A stretch of 64,000 bases of DNA from Eubacteriales bacterium (GTDB lineage: Bacteria > Bacillota > Clostridia > Oscillospirales > CAG-272), in NCBI GenBank assembly GCA_045645405.1, contig JAZRIQ010000004.1, forward strand, positions 93,372 through 157,371, written 5' to 3'. A program made the translations under genes and the position numbers. Each line of letters begins with the position of its first letter. Positions within the stretch are counted from its first letter, which is position 1. This document shows, piece by piece, positions 28,790 through 38,647 of this stretch. The notes beneath the pieces are model-generated. The model saw nothing but the letters and a program-made list of their open reading frames with translations. It made no database searches and was not told where the DNA came from.

Positions 28790-31168
28790 TTAACGTTTGA
28801 TTTCGATTACTGTTACTCCGAAATCACCTTCTCCGTATTCGCCGTTTCTGTATTTTTTTACACGATAATCTTTACGGAAAAACTCCCAAAGACCACGCCT
28901 TAATGCGCCTGTTCCCTTTCCGTGTACTATCGTTACGCTATTTATACCGCATATTAAAGCTTCATCAAGGTATTTATCAATGTCTATCCAAGCGTCTTCA
29001 ATATTTTTTCCTCTAACGTCAAGCGAAACAGAAAAATCACGGGAAACGGAGCTCTTTGAATTTTTAGATAAATTCTGCTGATTATCAGACTCTTGTCTTT
29101 TTTTTGTTGATAAAGCAAGATTTTTTATGTTGGTTTTTGTCTTAACAGCACCGGATTGTACGGTTACGTTTCCGTTTTTATCCGGATTTTCCAAAAGCAC
29201 TCCTTCAGTACCGATATTCCTTAAAATAACCGCATCACCCTTAATAAGATTTCTTGGTAATACGTAATTTTCATCAATTTCCTCAATTGGATTATATATG
29301 TCATCATCCCTTGAAAGTTTAGCACGTAAAGATTTTTTAGCATCTGCATATTTAGCACCGAAATCCTTAGAATCTTTTTCCTTTTGAAGCTTATCAAGCT
29401 GACTGAATACAAATTCGGCACTTGCTTTTGCGCCCGTGATAAATTGTTGCGCTTTTGTTAACATTTCTTCACTTTTAGCTTCTGCGTTTGCAAGCTTGTC
29501 CTTTAATTCCTTCTCGGCGGAATTTTTAAACAATTCAAAATCTCGCTTAAGTTTAGCGGCTTCATTTTTTTCATATTCAAGCTCGATTCTTGTTTTTTCA
29601 AGCTTTTCTATAACAGCCTCGAAGCTACGTGTATCATCAGAAATTAACTCCTTTGCTCTGGATATAACTTCGTTAGACACACCAAGTTTATTGGATATAA
29701 GGAACGCATTGGATTTTCCCGGTGAGCCTATTATCAGCTTATAAGTCGGTTTCAAGGTGTTAATATCAAATTCACAGGAAGCATTTGAAACGCCTACCGT
29801 ATTTAAAGCAAAAGCCTTTAGCTCTGCATAGTGAGTTGTTGCAGCACACAGAAGCTTTTTGTCAAGCATTTTTTCAAGAATTGATTGAGCAAGCGCAGCT
29901 CCTTCAATAGGATCTGTTCCTGCACCCAGTTCATCAAATAGTACCAAAGAATTTTCAGTTACATTTTCCAAAATATTAACTATCGAAACCATGTGAGAAG
30001 AAAACGTAGAAAGAGATTGTTCAATACTTTGTTCATCTCCTATATCGGGAAAAACTCCATCAAAAATGCAAATTTTAGCATTATCTGCAGGTACCTGCAG
30101 GCCTGCTTGAGCCATTAAAGAAAACAAGCCCAATGTTTTTAAAGTTACAGTTTTACCGCCCGTATTAGGACCTGTTATTACAAGCATCTTGTAGTTTGAA
30201 CCAATTTCAATATCAATAGGAACAACCTTCTCTGTTTTTAAAAGCGGGTGTCTGGCTCTTGTGTATGACACAACTCTTTTGTTTGAAATTTCCGGCTTAA
30301 TCGCATTCATTTTATAAGAAAGCTCTGCACAAGCAAAATAAAATGCAATTTCCGTAATATTTCTGTAATTACTTTTCAATTGTAAGGCAAAATCAGAAAT
30401 ACGAGCTGAAAAATCTGCTAAAATTCTTTCGATTTCCGTCTGTTCTTCACCAAATAAAGTTCGTAACTCATTGTTTGCTTCTACAACCGCAATGGGCTCA
30501 ATAAACAGAGTGGCTCCTGTACCGGATGTATCGTGTACCAAACCTTTAATTTCGTTTTTATCTTCAACCTTAACCGGCAAAACGTATCTTCCGTTACGCA
30601 TAGTGATGATAGCTTCACGCAAATGCTTTGCTCTTTCTCCGGTTACATAGCTGTTTAACACATCTCTGATTTTGTTAGTTTGATATCTGATTTTTCTGCG
30701 GATTTCTGCCAATTTAACACTTGCATCATCTGCAATAAGCTCCTCGCTTATTATAGCTTTGTATATTGCGGCTTCAAGAGACTTATTTGGTACTAGCGCT
30801 TCAAATATAACAGAAAGCTGACATGGTTTAATAGCGTCGGTATGAATATATTCGATAAGGGATCTTGATGTTTGAAGCACCGCTGCAACATCTAAAATCT
30901 CTCTTGGTGAAAGAATAGAATTTTTTTCTGCTTTTTCAATACAATCAAGTATGTCTGCAATATTGTTAAAGGAAGGCGCACCCTTAATTCCTGCCATAAA
31001 TTTGGCATCTGAAGTTAAAGTCTGTCTTCGTTTTACTGTATCAAAATTAGATGTCGGTAATAGAGATAACGCTCTTTTTTTGGCGCCTTCAGTTGAAGCA
31101 ACTGCTGAAAGCATATCCAAAATTTTATCGAACTCTAAAATGCGTATTGCTCTTTTTAAATTTAACAT
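28790..31168 (-). CDS. mutS2: Endonuclease MutS2 (ribosome-collision factor RqcU)
   Basis: ITGPNTGGKT, DIGDEQSIEQSLSTFSSH, DELGAGTDP, C-terminal Smr domain (IVHGKGTGALR). Confidence 0.96.
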   Translation of the reverse strand: MLNLKRAIRILEFDKILDMLSAVASTEGAKKRALSLLPTSNFDTVKRRQTLTSDAKFMAGIKGAPSFNNIADILDCIEKAEKNSILSPREILDVAAVLQTSRSLIEYIHTDAIKPCQLSVIFEALVPNKSLEAAIYKAIISEELIADDASVKLAEIRRKIRYQTNKIRDVLNSYVTGERAKHLREAIITMRNGRYVLPVKVEDKNEIKGLVHDTSGTGATLFIEPIAVVEANNELRTLFGEEQTEIERILADFSARISDFALQLKSNYRNITEIAFYFACAELSYKMNAIKPEISNKRVVSYTRARHPLLKTEKVVPIDIEIGSNYKMLVITGPNTGGKTVTLKTLGLFSLMAQAGLQVPADNAKICIFDGVFPDIGDEQSIEQSLSTFSSHMVSIVNILENVTENSLVLFDELGAGTDPIEGAALAQSILEKMLDKKLLCAATTHYAELKAFALNTVGVSNASCEFDINTLKPTYKLIIGSPGKSNAFLISNKLGVSNEVISRAKELISDDTRSFEAVIEKLEKTRIELEYEKNEAAKLKRDFELFKNSAEKELKDKLANAEAKSEEMLTKAQQFITGAKASAEFVFSQLDKLQKEKDSKDFGAKYADAKKSLRAKLSRDDDIYNPIEEIDENYVLPRNLIKGDAVILRNIGTEGVLLENPDKNGNVTVQSGAVKTKTNIKNLALSTKKRQESDNQQNLSKNSKSSVSRDFSVSLDVRGKNIEDAWIDIDKYLDEALICGINSVTIVHGKGTGALRRGLWEFFRKDYRVKKYRNGEYGEGDFGVTVIEIKR

Positions 31169-31176
31169 AACTCTCC

Positions 31177-31965
31177 TTATATGAGTGATTTATAAAAATC
31201 AAGTGAATAAAAGCTTCTTTCCAGCTGATTTATTAAAAATTTTTCGCTTAAATCATATAAAAGTTTCCAATCGTTTCCTTGTAAGCCAAAAGAAATAAAC
31301 TTTTTTATGTCTGAGCTTATTATGTATTTGATCGCATAAATAAGATTTGAGTTAATTAGGGCGATAGGCTTCTGTAAGCCTCTTTCAGCAAAAGGATTGC
31401 TTTCTGAAGGAAAAACAGCACTGTTTTTGCATTCATCACAAACTATCACTCCGTCAATTAAATCGAGGTAGCCGGAAAAGTCACAACTTTTATTACATAC
31501 CGAACAAGAGTTTACATCTGGTGACATACCTATTTCGGACACTAACCTAAGCTGAAAAGCTGCACGAATATGTTCAAGTTCATATTTATCAGTGGATATA
31601 GCGTAAATGCTATTTAGGGTTAGTCTTAACAGCTCGTCCTCACATATTCCCTCCTGAGCCACGTAGTTGATAACGTCACATATATACGAAGCCAATGAAA
31701 GCTTTAAAATATCATTTCTTACGGAAAAGAAATTTTCGATAAGATCACTATCAACAAGATAATAGTAATTCCCCTTGCGGCGAATACCGAAGCATGCGTA
31801 AGAAAAAATATGAGAACAACACATATTTCTGTTTTTTAAACTTTTTACACCTTTTGCAATAACAAAAAGCTTTCCGTATTTTTCAGTTAAAACAGTAAGT
31901 AGCTTGTCATTTTCTCCAATTTCTCGATCAAATAGCACAAGACCGTTCACCTTAATCTCCGTCAT
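31177..31965 (-). CDS. recO: DNA repair protein RecO
   Basis: GENDKLLTVLT..GK..AKG OB fold, CxxC/CxxC zinc motif; follows era. Confidence 0.92.
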   Translation of the reverse strand: MTEIKVNGLVLFDREIGENDKLLTVLTEKYGKLFVIAKGVKSLKNRNMCCSHIFSYACFGIRRKGNYYYLVDSDLIENFFSVRNDILKLSLASYICDVINYVAQEGICEDELLRLTLNSIYAISTDKYELEHIRAAFQLRLVSEIGMSPDVNSCSVCNKSCDFSGYLDLIDGVIVCDECKNSAVFPSESNPFAERGLQKPIALINSNLIYAIKYIISSDIKKFISFGLQGNDWKLLYDLSEKFLINQLERSFYSLDFYKSLI

Positions 31966-32855
31966 TGAAACTCCTTAAGGTTATAGCCAAGATTGTTAAG
32001 ATTTAATGTATTATCTCGCCATTTTTCTTTAACCTTTACCCAAAGATTGATATAAACCTGAACTCCAAAAAAGCGTTCAAGATCTTCTCTGGCGTATGAA
32101 CCAATTCTTTTTAACGTTTCACCGTTTTTACCGATAATAATTCCTTTATGAGACTGCTTTTCACAGTAAATCTCGGCTCTGATTTTAATGATGTTGCCAC
32201 TATCCTTGAATTCCTCGATAACAACAGCCGTGCCGTGTGGTATCTCATCACTTAAGGTTCGAAGAATTTTTTCGCGTATCGTTTCTGCAGCAATTGTTTT
32301 TTCAGGTTGATCTGTGATTATGTCGTCAGGGAAAAACCATTCGCTTTCCTCTAGGTATTTAGAACATTCTTCAATAACGTCGTTTATACCCTGTCCTTTT
32401 GAAGCGCTGGTTGGCACAACAGCATCAAATTTGTAATACGCATCGTATTCAGATATAGCCTTTGCAATTTTTTCGGGAGTTGACATATCGACTTTATTTA
32501 AAACTAAAATACAAGGGAGCTTTGATGCTTTAACCTTTTCCAAAATATTCTTTTCTATTTCTCCCAAGGGATATGATACGTCTGCAATTAAAATTACCGC
32601 ATCGGAGCCGCCAATCGATGACGTTGACGCTGCAAGCATATAATCGCCAAGCTTTGTTCTGGGCTTTTGAAATCCGGGAGTATCAACAAAAATAATCTGA
32701 TTTTCGTTTTTTGTATATATGCCGGTTATTCTGTTTCTCGTAGTTTGAGGCTTAGAAGATACAATGGCAATTTTTTCACCTAAAATAGCGTTAAGTAAAG
32801 TACTTTTGCCAACGTTTGGTCTACCGACAATTGAAATAAAAGCTGTTTTTCTCAT
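31962..32855 (-). CDS. era: GTPase Era
   Basis: GRPNVGKST, KPQTTR, DTPG, NKVD, KH domain GIIIGKNG. Confidence 0.97.
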   Translation of the reverse strand: MRKTAFISIVGRPNVGKSTLLNAILGEKIAIVSSKPQTTRNRITGIYTKNENQIIFVDTPGFQKPRTKLGDYMLAASTSSIGGSDAVILIADVSYPLGEIEKNILEKVKASKLPCILVLNKVDMSTPEKIAKAISEYDAYYKFDAVVPTSASKGQGINDVIEECSKYLEESEWFFPDDIITDQPEKTIAAETIREKILRTLSDEIPHGTAVVIEEFKDSGNIIKIRAEIYCEKQSHKGIIIGKNGETLKRIGSYAREDLERFFGVQVYINLWVKVKEKWRDNTLNLNNLGYNLKEFQ

Positions 32856-33316
32856 TAAAATCCTATTATCTCCATAATTTCTTTTTGTTTTCTGAACATT
32901 TCTTCTTCATCCTCTTTAGAGGTTTCGTGATCGTATCCCAAAAGATGTAACGTGGAGTGAATGCATAAAAAAGCGAGTTCGTGATAGCTACTGTGAAAAA
33001 AATTATGAGCTTGCTCTTTTGCTTTTTCAAGAGATATTACAATATCTCCAAGAGGAACGGTTTCCATATATTCAATGTCTTCAAACGAGTTAAACATAGG
33101 AAATGATAAAACGTCAGTGCTATAATCCTTATTTCTGTATTTAGCGTTAAGAACTTTAATTTTTTCGTTGTCAGTAAAGGTTACTGAAACCTCAGTATTT
33201 TTGTCAAAACCTTCATAAGCCAGAGTATTGAATATTGCTTTTCTGACTATAGCTTTCATAGCTGCTCTGATGGCGTATATTTCTTGCTCATCTTTAAAAT
33301 CTACTGTTAGTGTCAT
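32855..33316 (-). CDS. ybeY: rRNA maturation endoribonuclease YbeY
   Basis: TDVLSFP, LGDIVIS, HSTLHLLGYDH; start set at ATG 33316 after AGAGG. Confidence 0.95.
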   Translation of the reverse strand: MTLTVDFKDEQEIYAIRAAMKAIVRKAIFNTLAYEGFDKNTEVSVTFTDNEKIKVLNAKYRNKDYSTDVLSFPMFNSFEDIEYMETVPLGDIVISLEKAKEQAHNFFHSSYHELAFLCIHSTLHLLGYDHETSKEDEEEMFRKQKEIMEIIGF

Positions 33317-33317
33317 T

Positions 33318-34310
33318 TTATTTCCTCTTTTTATTTTTCTGCTCATTTTCATAATTTTCATAAGCAACAATAATTTTTTGCACAAGCTTGTGTCTTACTA
33401 CGTCTTTATCAGAAAACTGATAAATTGAAATTCCATCGATATTCTTTAAGATTTTTACAGCCTCAGCCAAGCCACTTTTTTTACCGTAAGGCAAGTCGGT
33501 TTGAGATAAATCTCCCGTAACAACCACTTTAGAATTAAATCCAATTCGTGTTAAAAACATTTTCATTTGTTCGGGCGTAGTGTTCTGGGCTTCATCAAGT
33601 ATTATGAATGAATCGTCAAGAGTTCTGCCGCGCATATATGCCAAAGGCGCAATTTCAATAATTGTTTTTTCCATATATCTTGTGCAGTTTTCATACCCGA
33701 GCATTTCGTATAGAGCGTCATATAAGGGGCGAAGATACGGATCAATCTTGCTTTGTAAATCTCCGGGTAAAAAACCAAGTCGCTCCCCGGCTTCAACAGC
33801 AGGTCTTGTTAGAATAATTCTTGAAACCTCTTTGCTTCTTAAAGCTTTACTTGCCATAGCAACTGCAAGAAACGTTTTTCCTGTTCCGGCAGGACCGATA
33901 CCGAGAGTTACGGTATTTGATTTTATGGCATTGATATATCGCTTTTGACCAACGGTTTTTGCTTTTATGGGTCTTCCTTTAGCACTTACACAAAAACAAT
34001 CATCATCAAGCTCGTTAAGCTCAGAGGTTTTATTTTCAGAAACGGTAGAAATTACGTAATCAACAGTTTGTTCAGTAATAACACTATTCATTTCTGCCAT
34101 TTTTTTCAGGTAATTCAAAACCTCATAGGCATTATCAACGCTACTGCTCTCTCCCGAAATTGTAATACAATCTCCCATGTCGTTGTTAAGTAGTCTGTTT
34201 ACTATTTTTACGCCAAAAGCCTTCTCAATAGCGTTTATATTGACATCACACGTTCCAAAAATCAAGCTCGTCACTCCATGTGATGACGTAGTAATGTTCT
34301 TTTCTGCCAT
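33318..34310 (-). CDS. phoH: PhoH-like ATPase
   Basis: GPAGTGKT, RPAVEAGERLGFLPG, APLAYMRGRT, DEAQN; GGAGG SD before ATG 34310. Confidence 0.95.
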   Translation of the reverse strand: MAEKNITTSSHGVTSLIFGTCDVNINAIEKAFGVKIVNRLLNNDMGDCITISGESSSVDNAYEVLNYLKKMAEMNSVITEQTVDYVISTVSENKTSELNELDDDCFCVSAKGRPIKAKTVGQKRYINAIKSNTVTLGIGPAGTGKTFLAVAMASKALRSKEVSRIILTRPAVEAGERLGFLPGDLQSKIDPYLRPLYDALYEMLGYENCTRYMEKTIIEIAPLAYMRGRTLDDSFIILDEAQNTTPEQMKMFLTRIGFNSKVVVTGDLSQTDLPYGKKSGLAEAVKILKNIDGISIYQFSDKDVVRHKLVQKIIVAYENYENEQKNKKRK

Positions 34311-34311
34311 T

Positions 34312-35493
34312 TTATCCTCCGTTATTTTCAATTTCAAATTCTATACTGCTTGTAATGTCCTCCAAGCAATACAGATTACATTCTACATAAAATCCTTCTT
34401 CGTCAAAATTTGTGATAATATTTTTGGAAACAAGCTCGGCGCTTTTTAGTTCAACGTCTAATTTTTGCCTCAATTCTTTAAAAGCTTTATCAATAACTTG
34501 CTCTTTGGTGTAATTGACCTCGTTATATTCATACTCATAAAATCGTGTTTCATTGCGATAAATAGGTAGCTTAATTTTATTAAAAAGCTTTACTTGTTCT
34601 GTTTTTTCTATTGTATCACAAAATTCGCTGTTTTTGTTATATTTTTTAGAAAAAAATATAATATTATTAAATAATGAGTAAGATATTGCAGAGTTGACCT
34701 CTTTTGTATAGCTTTTTTCGGTTGTTGTATACGGTAAGTAAATAGAAATGCTTTTATTCACATACGCTTTAACGCTACCTTTTGCATTAACGTATCTTAC
34801 TCCTTGTGCACTCGAATTTAAAACTCCTGAAATTAAAAGGTCCCCTTTTTTTACCACATCGCCTATTGAAATTTGTTTTTTTCCTTCAACTACGTTAATA
34901 AGAGCTATTTGTCCGTCACATTTTGCAACAACGTTTGAATAAATCTTTTTATCTTTCGATTGCTCACTTAATGACTCTCGTATTAAAACGTTGGCTACGC
35001 TACCTGTAATATTAACAGAAATCCAGCTTATTTCTTCAGAATTTAAAAGAACTTTATTGTGGAGGGTTTTATAATCGATTTTGGGTATATAGCTCCCCAA
35101 ACTAAAGTTTGCTTTTTCAAGCTCATTTAAAATCTGTTCATCGGATAATTTTTTGTTACCTTGAATATTGATTGTCCATACAAATTTAGATGAGATAAAA
35201 ATCATTACAATCAAAAAAATCGCCCCAAAAACTAAACCTAATCTGTGGTAATTTCTTTTTATGTTTGCTAATAGTCCGACCTCTTTTGAAAACTCAAAAT
35301 CAATATTATTTTCGTAAAAAAGATTTTTTAATCTGTTAAATTTTGAAGAATAAATGACTATTTGCAAGTCTCCGTTTTTTACTATAGAGCTACATAAGTA
35401 TGTGACATTTTCATTTAAAATCAAATTCAGCGCTCTTGTAATATGCTTTTTTCTGATTGTTACTTGTATTTTAGAAAATAATCTTTTCATCAT
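34312..35493 (-). CDS. yqfD: Sporulation protein YqfD (SpoIV)
   Basis: TM followed by VWTINIQGN, NVVAKCDG, GDVVKKGDLLISG; between yqfC and phoH. Confidence 0.88.
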   Translation of the reverse strand: MMKRLFSKIQVTIRKKHITRALNLILNENVTYLCSSIVKNGDLQIVIYSSKFNRLKNLFYENNIDFEFSKEVGLLANIKRNYHRLGLVFGAIFLIVMIFISSKFVWTINIQGNKKLSDEQILNELEKANFSLGSYIPKIDYKTLHNKVLLNSEEISWISVNITGSVANVLIRESLSEQSKDKKIYSNVVAKCDGQIALINVVEGKKQISIGDVVKKGDLLISGVLNSSAQGVRYVNAKGSVKAYVNKSISIYLPYTTTEKSYTKEVNSAISYSLFNNIIFFSKKYNKNSEFCDTIEKTEQVKLFNKIKLPIYRNETRFYEYEYNEVNYTKEQVIDKAFKELRQKLDVELKSAELVSKNIITNFDEEGFYVECNLYCLEDITSSIEFEIENNGG

Positions 35494-35765
35494 ACTTCCT
35501 CAATTTGATATGAATAAATTTTTCCTCTTACGCTTACTCGTCCCTGCGAAAACGTTAGCATTGACAAATCGTTGCCTGTAATTTTTATAAAGTGGTGTTT
35601 ACACCTTATAATTATTTCCGAAATTTCATATTTTTTAATTCCTAAGCAACCATCTATATTTAACTGCGTATTTCCTATAAGTTGTGTATTTGGAATATCC
35701 AAAATACAATCCAACGGTACGTCAAAGCTATCAGAAAAAAACTGTTCAATCTTCTTTTTAAGCAT
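35490..35765 (-). CDS. yqfC: YabP/YqfC family sporulation protein
   Basis: DVPLDCILDIP..LIGN...I.GKI pattern; upstream of yqfD. Confidence 0.8.
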   Translation of the reverse strand: MLKKKIEQFFSDSFDVPLDCILDIPNTQLIGNTQLNIDGCLGIKKYEISEIIIRCKHHFIKITGNDLSMLTFSQGRVSVRGKIYSYQIEEV

Positions 35766-35824
35766 TATTTTAACCTTTCATATCATATATTTCACTATAA
35801 AATGTTTATGAGTGGTGAATTACA

Positions 35825-36748
35825 ATAATAACCGGAAAATTTAATAATTTTATAAAAGGCTTTATAGTTTTAATTACTTTTGTTTCATTTTTGACAAATG
35901 TCGAATATTTATCATTCTCCGTTATAAATTCATTAAATTTTTGCTATAAATCCCTAATTCCGTCACTGTTTCCTTTTTTAGTTTTATCTTCTGTAGCGCT
36001 ATACTGTATAAGGCTTGACAGTATTTTAAAATATGCAAATCAAGTTTTAGACAAATGTAAAATTTATAAAAAAGAAATTATAATCGGTTGGATTACCGGT
36101 TTTGTTGTCGGGGCTAAAGGAATATGTGAAAATTTCAAAAAAAATGATGATATAATTGCTTTCAACAACGCTATTATAATCTCTTCAAACGCAGGAATAG
36201 GCTTTGTAATAGGCTGTGTCGGAGGTGTTATATGGAATGATTTTAATTTTGGAATATATTTATACTTTTCTCAAATTTTCAGTGCAATAATTTTATCTAA
36301 GTTGTTTTTAAAGCACCCGCAAAATCAAATAGATAATACGCCCTCAGTCAAAGTAAGCGATTCTTTTTCGACAGGAATAATTAAAGCTATAAAAAATTCA
36401 ACAAGCACTATTTTAACAATTTGCTTCTTTAATATTTTCTTTAACGTTATTAAGGACCTAATATGCTTAATTTTAAAGTTAAATGAAACAAATTTATCGT
36501 ACACTATAATATCAGTTATTTTTGACTTTTCAAACGGAATATTTTCTACACTTAAAATTGAAAATTTGCTACTTAAAGGATTTTTAAGCGGTGCTTGCAT
36601 AGGCTTTGGAGGAATCTGTGTACTTATGCAAATATTTGCTGAATGTGAGGGTAAACCGCTATATAAATTTCAGTTTATTTTTTTTAAGTTAATACAAGGA
36701 ATACTGTGCGGATTTCTTGCTGTCATATATATATTACTTATTTTTTAA
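35825..36748 (+). CDS. ylbJ: YlbJ-like sporulation integral membrane protein (start uncertain: ATA 35825 or TTG 35891)
   Basis: LIPSLFPFLVLS, GFVVGAK, NAGIGFVIG, GFGGICVLMQ motifs; frame open from 35819. Confidence 0.65.
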   Translation: MITGKFNNFIKGFIVLITFVSFLTNVEYLSFSVINSLNFCYKSLIPSLFPFLVLSSVALYCIRLDSILKYANQVLDKCKIYKKEIIIGWITGFVVGAKGICENFKKNDDIIAFNNAIIISSNAGIGFVIGCVGGVIWNDFNFGIYLYFSQIFSAIILSKLFLKHPQNQIDNTPSVKVSDSFSTGIIKAIKNSTSTILTICFFNIFFNVIKDLICLILKLNETNLSYTIISVIFDFSNGIFSTLKIENLLLKGFLSGACIGFGGICVLMQIFAECEGKPLYKFQFIFFKLIQGILCGFLAVIYILLIF

Positions 36749-36757
36749 AAAATTTTG

Positions 36758-36786
36758 TTGATTTTTTTTTAACATAGGTATATAAT
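36758..36786 (+). promoter_or_regulatory. sigmaA promoter of the mgtE leader
   Basis: TTGATT-N17-TATAAT. Confidence 0.7.
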
Positions 36787-36820
36787 TGTACTGTAATGCT
36801 TTTTTAAAGGAGATAAACGT

Positions 36821-36895
36821 ATGGATACGGGCGCTGTCAGTAGCTACGAGCGAGGGAGTAATTTAATATACAGTGCCTATATTGTGCGCACTTGA
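36821..36895 (+). CDS. Candidate 24-aa leader peptide MDTGAVSSYERGSNLIYSAYIVRT upstream of mgtE
   Basis: AAGGAG SD 8 nt before ATG; lies between the promoter and mgtE; overlaps alternative RNA pairings. Confidence 0.5.
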   Translation: MDTGAVSSYERGSNLIYSAYIVRT

Positions 36896-36943
36896 TATAC
36901 CTAATTACTGCCCTTTCGATTTCATTTGAAAGGAGTTATAGTT

Positions 36944-38305
36944 ATGGAAGAATTAAACGAAATTGTTTTAAATCTTGATACTTTAATTGAAAATAGAGAT
37001 TTTAGTGGTATTAAGGATTTACTCAAAGATATGGAGCCTATGGATATTTCTTTAGTGCTTCAAGAATTTCCTAAAAAAATTGCAATATTATTTAGACTTT
37101 TACCTAAAAGCTTAGCTGCAGAGGTTTTTGTAGAGATGGATACCGATAGCCAAGAGGTTCTTCTCTCTTCATTTACTGACGCTGAATTAAAAGCGGTATT
37201 ACATGAGATATATATCGACGATACAGTAGATATTATTGAAGAAATGCCTGCAAATGTAGTTAAGCGTATTTTATTTAACTCTGATCCCGAAACCAGAAAA
37301 ATAATAAATGATATTTTAAATTACCCTGATGATTCTGCCGGAAGCATCATGACCACCGAATACGTTAAGCTGGACGAGGATATAACAGTTGAGGATGCTT
37401 TAAAAAGAATCCGCCGAACAGGAATTGACAAAGAAACAATTTATACCTGCTATGTTACCGGTCCCAACAGAAAGCTTTTAGGATACGTTACTGCTAAACA
37501 GCTTCTTTTAGCTGATGAGGATATGATCATTTCCGAAATAATGGACACAAATATAATTTTTGTCCATACACACGAGGACAAAGAGGTGGTGGCTAAGGAA
37601 ATGAGTAAATATGACTTACTGGCATTACCTGTTGTTGATACTGAAAATAGACTGGTTGGAATAATCACCGTAGACGATGCTATCGACGTCATTGAAGAGG
37701 AAGCAACTGAGGATATCGAAAAAATGGCTGCTATGCTTCCATCAGATAAGCCATATTTATCTACAAGCATTTTTGAAATTTGGAAACAAAGAATTCCGTG
37801 GCTTCTTTTACTTATGGTTACAGCAACGTTTACAAGCCAAATTATTACTACATTCGAGGGTAAATTATCAACAATTTTAACTGCGTTCATTCCTATGTTA
37901 ATGGGTTCCGGCGGTAATGCAGGAGGACAAACATCCGTTACGATTATTCGTGGTCTTGCTCTTGAAGAAATACGTCTAAAGGATATTTTCAAAGTAATTT
38001 TCAAAGAGTTAAGAGTGTCTATTTTCTGCGGAAGCGTTTTAGGCGTTGCCACGTTTGTTAAGTTAATTACAATTGACAAATTATTATTAAGTAATGATGG
38101 AATAACGCTAACTGTTGCTTTTGTTGTTAGCTTAACAATAACACTTGTAATAATAGTTGCAAAATTGGTAGGATGCGTCCTTCCTGTTCTTGCAAAGCGT
38201 ATAGGTCTTGACCCAGCGGTTATGGCAAGCCCGTTTATTACCACTATTGTTGACGCTATTTCGTTACTTGTTTACTTTGGAATAGCTACGTCTGTGGTAA
38301 TATAA
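36944..38305 (+). CDS. mgtE: Magnesium transporter MgtE
   Basis: N-terminal domain, CBS pair (SAGSIMTTEY, GIITVDD), GGNAGGQT and DPAVMASPFITTIVD TM motifs. Confidence 0.96.
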   Translation: MEELNEIVLNLDTLIENRDFSGIKDLLKDMEPMDISLVLQEFPKKIAILFRLLPKSLAAEVFVEMDTDSQEVLLSSFTDAELKAVLHEIYIDDTVDIIEEMPANVVKRILFNSDPETRKIINDILNYPDDSAGSIMTTEYVKLDEDITVEDALKRIRRTGIDKETIYTCYVTGPNRKLLGYVTAKQLLLADEDMIISEIMDTNIIFVHTHEDKEVVAKEMSKYDLLALPVVDTENRLVGIITVDDAIDVIEEEATEDIEKMAAMLPSDKPYLSTSIFEIWKQRIPWLLLLMVTATFTSQIITTFEGKLSTILTAFIPMLMGSGGNAGGQTSVTIIRGLALEEIRLKDIFKVIFKELRVSIFCGSVLGVATFVKLITIDKLLLSNDGITLTVAFVVSLTITLVIIVAKLVGCVLPVLAKRIGLDPAVMASPFITTIVDAISLLVYFGIATSVVI

Positions 38306-38316
38306 ATATAAAATTT

Positions 38317-38345
38317 CAGTTGCGTGAAAAACGCAACTGTTTTTT
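38317..38345 (+). terminator. Terminator of mgtE
   Basis: CAGTTGCGT-gaaaa-ACGCAACTG plus T-tract. Confidence 0.8.
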
Positions 38346-38419
38346 ATGTTTCAATTTTATACACACAACTGAACAATCACATATAATGTGAATAGATGTT
38401 CTTTTAAGGAGATAAATAT

Positions 38420-38635
38420 ATGTGTATTGCTTCCCTAAAATCTATGACTATAGCAATAAAAGCAAAAAGGGCGTTAAATGAAGCCAATTTTGATTGCGAA
38501 ATAATTAAACTCGAACCGTATATGACCAAAAAAGGGTGTGCTTACGGTATCAAATTCGACTGTATGAATATTTACTCTGTTGAGAATATCTTAAATAATA
38601 AAAGAGTTAAATATACGGAGATTTTCAGAATATAA
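38420..38635 (+). CDS. DUF3343-like small protein
   Basis: SMTIAIKAKRAL...GCAYGI pattern; AAGGAG SD; precedes a cysteine desulfurase. Confidence 0.7.
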   Translation: MCIASLKSMTIAIKAKRALNEANFDCEIIKLEPYMTKKGCAYGIKFDCMNIYSVENILNNKRVKYTEIFRI

Positions 38636-38647
38636 TAAGGAAATTTT

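Noticed and set aside
36787-36943. M-box (ykoK) or yybP-ykoY riboswitch upstream of mgtE
   Set aside because: Only short fragments (ATACAGTGC, GGGAGTA) resemble them; the TTAGGTGAGGCT M-box 5' core and the rest of the yybP-ykoY consensus are absent.
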